A stretch of DNA of 64,000 nt, from the NCBI GenBank assembly GCA_028278505.1, contig JANQEG010000128.1, forward strand, positions 16,047-80,046, given 5' to 3'. Position numbers and translations under genes: made by a program. Shown here piece by piece: positions 35,658 to 45,857 of the stretch. Numbering within the stretch: the first letter of the stretch is position 1; each line of letters begins with the position of its first letter. Origin of the DNA: Rhodobiaceae bacterium (lineage in GTDB: Bacteria; Pseudomonadota; Alphaproteobacteria; Rhizobiales; JAKPQE01). The notes beneath the pieces are model-generated. The model had not been told where the DNA came from, did not search any database, and was given only the letters and a program-made list of their open reading frames with translations.

Positions 35658-36962
35658 TCAGTCGGTGGAAGAAAAGACCGAGAGGACAGAGCCGACGATC
35701 CCGCCTTTCTTTTTCGGCGGTTCGGCATCGGCCGTGTTTTCGTCCGTGCGCCGCGGGTTCGATTCCGGCAGTACCGCGGCCCCATCGCCGGCCGGTTCGG
35801 GGTTCTCGGCGGCCGCGGCCTCGCTGCGCCGGAACAGGCGGCGGAAGAACGGCCGGGTCTTTGCGTCCTGATCGGTTTCGGCGGTCGGGCGATACGCGGT
35901 CGCGGCGTCGATCGTTCCGGTATAGGCGACCGTGTCGGGATTCTCGGCCGGGAGCGCCTCGGCGGTGACGGTGGTTTCGGCGCCGGTGTCGTCGTCCGCT
36001 TCGTCGCTCCGGCTTGTGCCGATTTCGGCCAGGCCGTCGAACACGCCGGCAATGGCGGCGGTCGTCTTTTCGATCTTCTTCTGGCGCTCTTCGCGGCGCT
36101 CGGCGATCTGCTGCTTGCGTTCCGCCTCGGCCTTGCGCTCGGCGATGATCGTCTCGACCGCCTGATCGTCGCTGCGGGCCTTTTCGGCGACGGCGAGCGC
36201 GATCGCATCCGGCACCTCATAGGCCGGGCATCTGCCGCCCGGATTGAACGCCCTGACCCCGTCGGGAAGCGAGGCGTTGAAGACGTAGCGCCGTTCGCAC
36301 ACATCGACCGACGGCGCCCGCCGGCTGATCTCGAAATGGTCGTGGCCTTCCTTCAGATTGCGCCAGAACGGCATGTTCGGATTGTCCTGGTGGCGGACCA
36401 GGTTTTCCGGCGTCATGCGGAACGGAAAGGCGTGGACGTGGAAGGCGCGCTGGCCGCCGTTGAAGGCGTCGCGGGCGATCGAATAGATCTCCCGGATCTG
36501 CTCGTCGGTCATGGCGTAGCAGCCGGCCGAGGAGCAGGCGCCGTGCACCATCAAATGCTTGCCGGTGCGGCCATGGGCGCGGTCGAAAGTGTTCGGATAG
36601 CCGAGGTTGAACGACAGGTGATAGCTCGACTTCGGATTCATCTGCGCCGGGGTGACGACGTAGAAGCCCTCCGGCGCCTGCTTGTCGCCTTCCCTCAGCT
36701 TGGGGCCGAGCTGGCCGGACCATTTGCAGATGTCGTAGGTCTTGAGCAGGGCGTAGCTGCCGTCCTTGGTCTCTTTCCATATCTCGAGCGCCGATTCCTG
36801 CTTGAACACCCGAACCAGGATCGGCGCGTGCTTGCCCGAGCCGATGTCCTTCATCTTGTCGACGATCTCGGCGCTGAGCGGCGCCAGATGCTTGGGCCCG
36901 TAGCTGTCGGTGTTGCAGCCGGCGACGAGCGCCGCCAGCAGCAAAGGCGCCAATATCCGCAT
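35658..36962 (-). CDS. L,D-transpeptidase-family (YafK/YkuD-like) lipoprotein, paralogue of 34121-35248
   Basis: Lipobox 'LLAALVAGC'. 'HLMVHGACSSAGCYAMTD'. Block-wise identity with the neighbouring paralogue. Charged, low-complexity C-terminal extension. Confidence 0.8.
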   Translation of the reverse strand: MRILAPLLLAALVAGCNTDSYGPKHLAPLSAEIVDKMKDIGSGKHAPILVRVFKQESALEIWKETKDGSYALLKTYDICKWSGQLGPKLREGDKQAPEGFYVVTPAQMNPKSSYHLSFNLGYPNTFDRAHGRTGKHLMVHGACSSAGCYAMTDEQIREIYSIARDAFNGGQRAFHVHAFPFRMTPENLVRHQDNPNMPFWRNLKEGHDHFEISRRAPSVDVCERRYVFNASLPDGVRAFNPGGRCPAYEVPDAIALAVAEKARSDDQAVETIIAERKAEAERKQQIAERREERQKKIEKTTAAIAGVFDGLAEIGTSRSDEADDDTGAETTVTAEALPAENPDTVAYTGTIDAATAYRPTAETDQDAKTRPFFRRLFRRSEAAAAENPEPAGDGAAVLPESNPRRTDENTADAEPPKKKGGIVGSVLSVFSSTD

Positions 36963-37186
36963 AAGGGCGCCGGGCCGGCACCCCTCAATCATGGTGACGA
37001 GAGCTGAACGCAAAACCAATCCCAACCCCACTGCGGGACATCGTCCCTGAACGGCCGCGTCGAAACCGACGCCGCTGGTGTTTCCCGTGAAACGCAGAAC
37101 GCCGCAGTCTCCATTACTTCGGATTCTGGCGAAAGCGTGGCGGAACGCCGAACTGACGTCGGAAAGGTAGATTGTGCGACGGTAAT

Positions 37187-38140
37187 TCACAAGTTTCGGC
37201 CGATCGCCAGGAATTTGCGCCGTCTTTCGCGGCGCACGGCCTTGGCCTCCAATTCGTCGAGTTCGGACAGCGCCCGTCCGATCGCCGCGCCGGTCGCCGC
37301 AATCGCCGCCTCCGGGTCGCGATGGGCGCCGCCGAGCGGTTCATCGATGATTTCGTCGATGGCCTTGAACTTGATCAAATCCTGGGCGGTGATCTTCATG
37401 TTCATCGCCGCGTCCTGGGCCCGGGCCGGGTCGCGCCACAGGATCGAGGCGGCGCCTTCCGGCGAGATCACGCTGTAGATCGCGTGTTCCAGCATCAGCA
37501 CGCGATTGGCCGTGGCGATCGCGATCGCACCGCCCGAGCCGCCCTCGCCGATGATCACCGCGACATTGGGGACGCGGAGCGCCAGGCAGCGTTCGGTGGA
37601 GCGGGCGATCGCCTCGGCCTGGCCGCGTTCCTCCGCGCCGATGCCCGGATAGGCGCCGGCGGTGTCGATGAAGCTGATCACCGGCAGGCCGAAACGGTCG
37701 GCCATGTCCATGATGCGGACCGCCTTGCGGTAGCCCTCCGGCCGGGCCATGCCGAAATTGTGCTTGATGCGGGCCTCGGTCGAGGCGCCCTTCTCGTGGC
37801 CGATAACCGCCACCGGCACGCCGCCGAAGCGGCCGAGCCCGGCGATGATTGCCGCGTCCTCGGCAAATTTGCGGTCGCCGGCGAGCGGGGTGAACTCGTC
37901 GATAAGCCGGCCGATATAGCTCAGCGTCTGCGGCCGGTCCGGATGGCGGGCGACCTGGGTCTTCTGCCACGGCGTCAGCTTGGCGTAGATTTCGCCGAGC
38001 GTCTGTTCCGCTTTGGCCCGCAGCCTGCCGATTTCCTCCTCGATCGCGGCCGAATCGCCGTCTTCGGCGATCGCCCGCAATTCCTGCACCTTGCCTTCCA
38101 GGTCGGCGACGGGGCGTTCGAATTCGAGATAGCTGCGCAT
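37187..38140 (-). CDS. accA: Acetyl-CoA carboxylase carboxyltransferase alpha subunit
   Basis: 'MRSYLEFERPVADLEGKVQELR' and 'FIDTAGAYPGIGAEERGQAEAIA' are canonical AccA sequences. ATG at 38140; the ORF-track start at 38149 is a TTG. Confidence 0.9.
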   Translation of the reverse strand: MRSYLEFERPVADLEGKVQELRAIAEDGDSAAIEEEIGRLRAKAEQTLGEIYAKLTPWQKTQVARHPDRPQTLSYIGRLIDEFTPLAGDRKFAEDAAIIAGLGRFGGVPVAVIGHEKGASTEARIKHNFGMARPEGYRKAVRIMDMADRFGLPVISFIDTAGAYPGIGAEERGQAEAIARSTERCLALRVPNVAVIIGEGGSGGAIAIATANRVLMLEHAIYSVISPEGAASILWRDPARAQDAAMNMKITAQDLIKFKAIDEIIDEPLGGAHRDPEAAIAATGAAIGRALSELDELEAKAVRRERRRKFLAIGRNL

Positions 38141-38184
38141 TGCGGGCAAGAATCTTTCGGCTAGAGCGCTTCTCGTTCGAACTT

Positions 38185-38244
38185 ATACCAACCGTCGTGG
38201 GATTTGACCCCATCAGATGAGTCAAACTCCGCGACGGTTGGTAT
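38185..38244. other. Long imperfect hairpin in the accA upstream region
   Basis: Outer arms 'ataccaaccgtcg'/'cgacggttggtat' and inner arms 'tttgac'/'gtcaaa'. It lies 45-104 nt upstream of the accA ATG on the minus strand. Confidence 0.4.
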
Positions 38245-38480
38245 TCGTCACTTGGAAGCGCTCTATCTATTTTATTGTCGCGTATTCTTATCCCAAAACC
38301 GGTTCCCACTTTTCGGGAATACGCTCTAGCGCACGGAAATCGCCCGAACGGACAATCTTCCGTTTCGGCGGCGGCACATTTGCCTTTCGGCCCGGTGCTG
38401 TCAAGCGCGGGGCGCGACATCGGCCAAGCGATGGAGGACGATGGGGTCTGCCGGCTGCGGTCGCGGCCGCGCGGACAAGC

Positions 38481-38523
38481 CCAAAAATTAAGCGCCCAGT
38501 CCCGGGGGAGAGACTGGGCGCTT
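38481..38523 (-). terminator. Rho-independent terminator (minus strand)
   Basis: Perfect 12-bp stem 'aagcgcccagtc'/'gactgggcgctt' with a 10-nt loop. On the minus strand it is followed by 'AATTTTTGG'. Confidence 0.5.
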
Positions 38524-39151
38524 GCGCCTGTCGTGCGCGGAGCGCTGGGAGGGAAATCCAGCGCCGGCAGGACCGTCCGCGGCAAGACGGGGGGCACTGC
38601 CGTTTGAAAGGCCGGCCCTACCTATTGGCGAGAAATGGTGGACGTTGAGAACGAATCAAGCCCCACCTCTCGATTTCTTGAAAAAGATTTGCATATGCAG
38701 TCGCGAAAGTAAATGAGCGTTTATCCGGCGTACTGATTTGCGTCGCCGATGATGGGGAAAACTGCTTCGGTGTGTCTGGTTTCTTACGGAAATAAGGATT
38801 TCCGCGGGGCCGCAATGGGGTTCGGTTTATTCGGTTTTGGGATGGCTTCGACAACTTGTCCGTCGAGTTGCCCGCCGCGAACGGCCCGGATAGACCATCT
38901 GCCGTCCAATCCGCACATCGCCTGCGAAAGCGGGGAACCATTGGCATTGGCGACAAATTCCAGATTCAGTTGATAATTTCGAGACATCGCCCGGATCGCA
39001 ACCGAAATACCGTGTAGAGCGGGGCAATAGGCTCCCGCTTTCGCGGGAGCGGTGGGTGGTGTGGGCGCTTGCGTGAACGACGCCGAGAGGAACTGGAAAT
39101 CGGAGCGCAAGAGCCTGCACCAGACAGGAACACGCGCGCTCCCGAAACTCG

Positions 39152-39802
39152 CTACCGGTCGCCGTTGGTGCGGCGGGTCATATGGTCGATCCAGAACCAT
39201 TTCGGATTGGCCGGCTTGCCCGATTCGACCTCGTAGAGGGCGATCGAGGTGGCCAGCCCCTGCGCATCGGTAATGGTCCATTCCTTCAGTTCCGACGAGT
39301 TGCGATCGAAGCGCAGGGCGATCCGGCCGGTGCCGAGCGGCGTCTCCTCCTCGACGACGACTTCGAGGCTGTCGCTGTCCGGCGTCACCGACAGCACCTT
39401 GGTGTCACGGGCGAGATCGATATCGTCGGTGAGCAGGAACCGCAGCGGCGTCTTGGACAGCGGGTAGAGGTCCTGGGTCTTCAGCTTCTTGTCGCGGATG
39501 ACGACCGCCTTGCCGTCGGCGACGATCTCGATCGGCACCGGATTTTCATAGCGGAACAGCAGCCGCCCCGGGCGGCTGATGACGAACACGCCGCTGACCT
39601 GGCGGCCGTCGGGGCCGGTCTGGGTGAACCTGCCCTGCAGCGTGGTAATCGCATTGATGTAGGCGGTGACCTGCTTGATCGCGTCGCGCTGCTCGGGATT
39701 GAAGGCGGCCGCAGTCGCGGCCGGCACGGCAACGGCGACGGCAATGGCAACGATCGCGGCCAGGGGCAGGCATTTCCGGTAGAAGGGTTTGGCGCGGAAC
39801 AC
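39152..39802 (-). CDS. lolA: Outer-membrane lipoprotein carrier protein LolA
   Basis: Signal peptide, then 'VTAYINAITTLQGRFTQ' and 'GRLLFRYENPVPIEIVADG', typical of LolA. GTG start. Confidence 0.75.
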   Translation of the reverse strand: MFRAKPFYRKCLPLAAIVAIAVAVAVPAATAAAFNPEQRDAIKQVTAYINAITTLQGRFTQTGPDGRQVSGVFVISRPGRLLFRYENPVPIEIVADGKAVVIRDKKLKTQDLYPLSKTPLRFLLTDDIDLARDTKVLSVTPDSDSLEVVVEEETPLGTGRIALRFDRNSSELKEWTITDAQGLATSIALYEVESGKPANPKWFWIDHMTRRTNGDR

Positions 39803-39941
39803 GGGTCGTTGATCCTTTCACATTGGCTTTCGGAGACCGCCGGGTTTGGCGCGGTCCTCTTGCGATTTTCTCACCGTCATGCGCTTTCGCCGATCCTGTC
39901 CATGCTGGCATCGCGTTGTGGCGAAAGCGCGGCTTCAATCC

Positions 39942-42419
<2,478 letters not shown>

Positions 42420-42426
42420 GGGGGGC

Positions 42427-43656
42427 TTACGTGTTCCGATCGGGGTTCGCGGGGCCGAGGCAGTCGACGAGACGGCAGAGCGCCGTCTCGGTCGTCGCCA
42501 GATCGTTGACCATGGCGAGACGCAGGAAGGGCAGGCCGGGATTGCGGCCATGCCCGTCTTCAGAGGCGAGGAAGCCGCCGGGAACGGCGCGAAGGCCGGC
42601 CTCGGCCCAGAGCCGGCGGGCGACCGCCTCGCCGCCGCCATAATCGGCGACGTCGAGCCAGACGAAGAAGCCGCCGTCGGGCGTGCGATAGCCGAAGCTA
42701 TTACCGATATGCCGTTCGGCGGCGGCGAATTTCTCGTTATAGAGGCGGCGGTTCTCGACCACGTGAACCTCGTCGTTGAAGGCGGCAATCGCCGCGCGCT
42801 GCACCGGGATCGGCACTTGCGGCGCGGCCATGTTGCGGAAGGTCGAGAGGAAATCGAGAAAGTCGGGATCACCGGCGGCGAAGCCGCAGCGCAGGCCGGC
42901 CAGGTTCGACCGCTTGGAGAGCGAGTTGAAGACCAGCAGATGGCCGAAATCGCCGTCGGCGAGCGCCGCCTGCAGGGCGCCCGGCGGCGGCGCCTCGCGA
43001 TAGATCTCCGAATAGCATTCATCGGCAAAGACGAAGAAGCGGTGGCGGCGGGCGAGCGCCAGAAGCTCGTGCCAGAACTCGACCGGGGCGACGGAGCCTT
43101 GCGGATTGGCCGGCGAGGCGACGTAAGCCGCAATCGTGCGGTCGAGCAGGGCCGGATCAAGGCCGGCGATATCGGGCAAATCGTCGGCCTCGGCACCCAT
43201 CAGCACCGGTTCGGCATCGGCCATCACCGCGCCGGCGGCATAGGCCTGGTAGAACGGGTTCGGCAAAAGCACCGCGGGCGGGCCGGGTTTTTCCGCGAAA
43301 TAGCGTCGGGCGGCAAGGGCGGCGAAGAAGAGCCCTTCGCGCGAGCCGCTCAAGGCCACGACCATGCGCGCCGGATCGATGCGGCCGGCCAAAGCATAGC
43401 GGCGGTCGAGCCAGGCGGCAATGGCGGCGCGGAAGTCGTCAATGCCGCGGATCGGCGGATAGCGGCTGAACTCGGCATTGGCTTTTGCGAGCACCGGGGC
43501 GATGAAATCGGGCACGGCGTGGCGCGGTTCGCCGACGGAAAGGTCGATCGGGTCCGCGCCGGGCGCGATGTCGGCCAGCATCGCCGCCAGCCGCACGAAT
43601 GGCGAACCGGCGGAGAAGATCATCGCATCATATGCGCCTTGCGCGTTGCCCTGCAT
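42427..43656 (-). CDS. Class I/II PLP-dependent aminotransferase
   Basis: '[12 protein letters not shown]', 'YPPIRG' and '[16 protein letters not shown]' (PLP-Lys context). The start is uncertain (43656 or 43623). Confidence 0.8.
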   Translation of the reverse strand: MQGNAQGAYDAMIFSAGSPFVRLAAMLADIAPGADPIDLSVGEPRHAVPDFIAPVLAKANAEFSRYPPIRGIDDFRAAIAAWLDRRYALAGRIDPARMVVALSGSREGLFFAALAARRYFAEKPGPPAVLLPNPFYQAYAAGAVMADAEPVLMGAEADDLPDIAGLDPALLDRTIAAYVASPANPQGSVAPVEFWHELLALARRHRFFVFADECYSEIYREAPPPGALQAALADGDFGHLLVFNSLSKRSNLAGLRCGFAAGDPDFLDFLSTFRNMAAPQVPIPVQRAAIAAFNDEVHVVENRRLYNEKFAAAERHIGNSFGYRTPDGGFFVWLDVADYGGGEAVARRLWAEAGLRAVPGGFLASEDGHGRNPGLPFLRLAMVNDLATTETALCRLVDCLGPANPDRNT

Positions 43657-43721
43657 CGCTGCCCGCACTGCCTTTCCGGTGTCGGAGGCGCACGCCTCCA
43701 ATCTGGACCGAACGGTAGCGG

Positions 43722-43750
43722 CCTTTGGTTAAGCCGGCATTAACCAAAGG
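43722..43750. promoter_or_regulatory. Perfect 11-bp inverted repeat containing a TTAA-N7-TTAAC (CtrA-box-like) core
   Basis: 'cctttggttaa-gccggca-ttaaccaaagg'. It lies 20-95 nt upstream of the candidate aminotransferase starts, at the junction with the AT-rich island. Confidence 0.35.
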
Positions 43751-43785
43751 GGGTGGGGGGAGGCGTGTTTGAGATGATGGCTGGG

Positions 43786-43884
43786 TAGGGTGCGATAGCG
43801 AAGCGTATCGCACCGTTTGGGATTTACGGGTGATGAATGGTTGATTGGTGCGTTACGCCGCTTGCGCGACTAACGCACCCTACT
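43786..43884. repeat. Pair of REP-type hairpins ('tagggtgcg.ta...ta.cgcacc')
   Basis: 'ggtgcgatagcgaagcgtatcgcacc' (43789-43814) and 'ggtgcgttacgccgcttgcgcgactaacgcacc' (43847-43879) have outer 'gtagg'/'cctac' ends. A related copy is at 45553-45589. Confidence 0.55.
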
Positions 43885-44028
43885 TGCTTCTGTTTCCAAT
43901 CAATTGCAGTTCAGCAAGTGCGAAAATTGAGCGTCTTTACGAAATTTGATTGCAACAAGTGAGTAACTAAATTAAATTTGAATCATTCGATCTCCACTGA
44001 ATCAGTAAACCGACAGAAAATCAGAACG

Positions 44029-45189
44029 ATGAACAACAATAAAACTCTCGATTTGTGTGATAAACTCGATATCGCAAGATGGATACTTCTCCAAATATTG
44101 TTGACTACATTTTTGTTAATATTGCTAATGAGGTCATGTTATTCTTTCGAGTCGAACTCATTCTCTGATATTATTCAAAACGCTAAAGACGGCGTGGTCA
44201 GCGTTACAACTACTGTTGAAGTGCCCAGGAAAATCGCAGCACCGAATCTCCAAGCTGATTCTCAGTTTCAACAATTTTTCGATGGTTTTCATAAAGAAGA
44301 AAATCAACCCCAAACAATACAATCACTAGGATCAGGATTTGTAGTATCTAAGAACGGATATATAGTTACAAGATACAGTCTTATTAAAGACATGGATGAG
44401 ATAGATATCAAAGCAATAACTGTGGTATTTTCCAATAGAAAAACGTATTTCGCAAATATTGTTGGTTATGATAGAAAAATGAATATTGCACTTCTAAAAA
44501 TTAACTCAGGCGACCCGTTCCAACCGCTGAAGTTCGGAAATTCGGATCAAATCCGTATTGGGGATTGGGTCGTTTCAATGGAAGTCGACGTCGAATACGA
44601 AGTCTCAGCGTCCCACGGCATAGTTTCCGGGCTTCACCGAAAAGCAAAATTTGGTCCCTATGACCGGTTTATTCAAACCAATGCGCTGATCAAACGAAGC
44701 GGACTGGGTGGACCACTTCTGAACGATCGAGGAGAGGTTATTGGCATCATTTCGATGATCCGCTCGCGTTCGAGCATGTGGGAGGGAACGGGATTAGCGA
44801 TCCCATCAAATCTCGCGGTTATAATCATTGAGCACCTTAAATATCGCGGCAAGCTTCGCGGCGGATGGACGGGGATGCGGATTCAGCCTGTCACCGAAGA
44901 AATCGCGAAAAAATTTGGTCTAGACGCACCTCGTGGTGCACTCGTCGCTGGTCTCTCCTCCGACGGACCCGCAGACCGCGCTGGCATAAAGCGCGACGAT
45001 ATCATTCTAGCAATTGATGGTGCAGACGTTGCTGAGATGCGTGAATTACCAAGGATGACTGCTGAAATTCCTCCTGGTAAGGAGGTTGATTTCGTTGTTT
45101 TTCGCAATCGTCGGAAGGTTACCGTGAAGGTGGTGCTTGGAGAACTAAAATCAGTTGAATCACCGAAATTACCAATAAAAAAACCGTAG
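44029..45189 (+). CDS. HtrA/DegP-like protein (trypsin-fold + one PDZ) with all three catalytic-triad positions substituted; predicted pseudoprotease
   Basis: Signal-anchor 'ARWILLQILLTTFLLILLM'. 'SLGSGFVVSKNGYIVTRYSLI' aligns with GSGFIIS.DGYIVTNNHVI. 'KMNIALLKI' aligns with TDLALLKV. 'IQTNALIKRSGLGGPLLN' aligns with IQTDAAINRGNSGGPLFN. PDZ 'RGALVAGLSSDGPADRAGIKRDDIILAIDG'. The ORF is intact but AT-rich. The alternative TTG start is 43978. Confidence 0.75.
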   Translation: MNNNKTLDLCDKLDIARWILLQILLTTFLLILLMRSCYSFESNSFSDIIQNAKDGVVSVTTTVEVPRKIAAPNLQADSQFQQFFDGFHKEENQPQTIQSLGSGFVVSKNGYIVTRYSLIKDMDEIDIKAITVVFSNRKTYFANIVGYDRKMNIALLKINSGDPFQPLKFGNSDQIRIGDWVVSMEVDVEYEVSASHGIVSGLHRKAKFGPYDRFIQTNALIKRSGLGGPLLNDRGEVIGIISMIRSRSSMWEGTGLAIPSNLAVIIIEHLKYRGKLRGGWTGMRIQPVTEEIAKKFGLDAPRGALVAGLSSDGPADRAGIKRDDIILAIDGADVAEMRELPRMTAEIPPGKEVDFVVFRNRRKVTVKVVLGELKSVESPKLPIKKP

Positions 45190-45303
45190 AGGTTCCGCGG
45201 AATGAGAATGTCTAAGATAACATCAATTTCTAGGAAGGAACTCGCTATCAACAGAGGTGTTAAGGGTGTTTTAATAACAGATGTTAGAGCCTGATTCAAA
45301 AGT

Positions 45304-45549
45304 TTATGAGACATAGCAATATGTTGCGAGCCTGCGGATGATGATCCTGATGCTGGCGATGTTTGCCCAAGCCGTAGAGCTTTCGATCGATCGCTCCCAA
45401 TCCTTGGCCAGTCTCCGGCAGCGTCCGAGCCAGGCGAATGTCCGTTCGACAACCCAGCGGCGCGGCAAGACCTCAAAGCCCTCGGCCGTGTCGGAGCGTT
45501 TGATGATCTCGATCGTCCAGTGGCCTTGGCCCTTGAGAGCGGTCTCCAG
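45304..45549 (-). mobile_element. IS5-family transposase gene remnant (C-terminal ~80 codons only)
   Basis: 'WTIEIIKRSDTAEGFEVLPRRWVVERTFAWLGRCRRLAKDWERSIESSTAWANIASIRIIIRRLA' is a typical IS5-family DDE C-terminus. The N-terminal ~2/3 is absent, and the upstream part of the ORF is REP sequence. Confidence 0.75.
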
Positions 45550-45552
45550 AGC

Positions 45553-45589
45553 GTAGGGTGCGTTAGCCGTGCCAGCGGCGTAACGCACC
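45553..45589. repeat. REP-type hairpin, same family as 43786-43884
   Basis: 'gtagggtgcgttagccgtgccagcggcgtaacgcacc'. Confidence 0.55.
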
Positions 45590-45828
45590 GTTCGGGCGCC
45601 GTTTCGATCAGCCCTCTACAGGTCCGTTACGCTGCGCTAATACGCCCGACCATTCGAACTGTGATGGAATTTCCCGAAATGCCCGGCGGCACCCCCTTTG
45701 CGATCACCGGTCAATGGCGCGGAACCTATACGGAAAAGCTGACGGTTATCGCCGTTTGCGGTGAATTGACGCCTTATTCTCCGCAATTCATGCGGTGAAT
45801 AATCTTGCATTTGCGGTGAATAACAAAC

Positions 45829-45857
45829 ATAATCTCCGCAGAAGGTGCGGAGATTAT
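45829..45857. promoter_or_regulatory. Perfect 12-bp inverted repeat overlapping the Fic start codon
   Basis: 'ataatctccgca-gaagg-tgcggagattat'. The right arm includes the first 2 nt of the ATG (45856). The loop 'gaagg' is the only SD-like sequence. It is preceded by the direct repeat 'tgcggtgaataa' at 45791 and 45812. Confidence 0.4.

Noticed and set aside
42420-43196. 259-codon N-terminal extension of the FtsK ORF (ORF track 39942-43196).
   Set aside because: The extension overlaps the aminotransferase gene in another frame and is Pro/Arg/Ser-rich. The FtsK-like sequence (TM helices) begins at the ATG at 42419, 7 nt after the aminotransferase stop.
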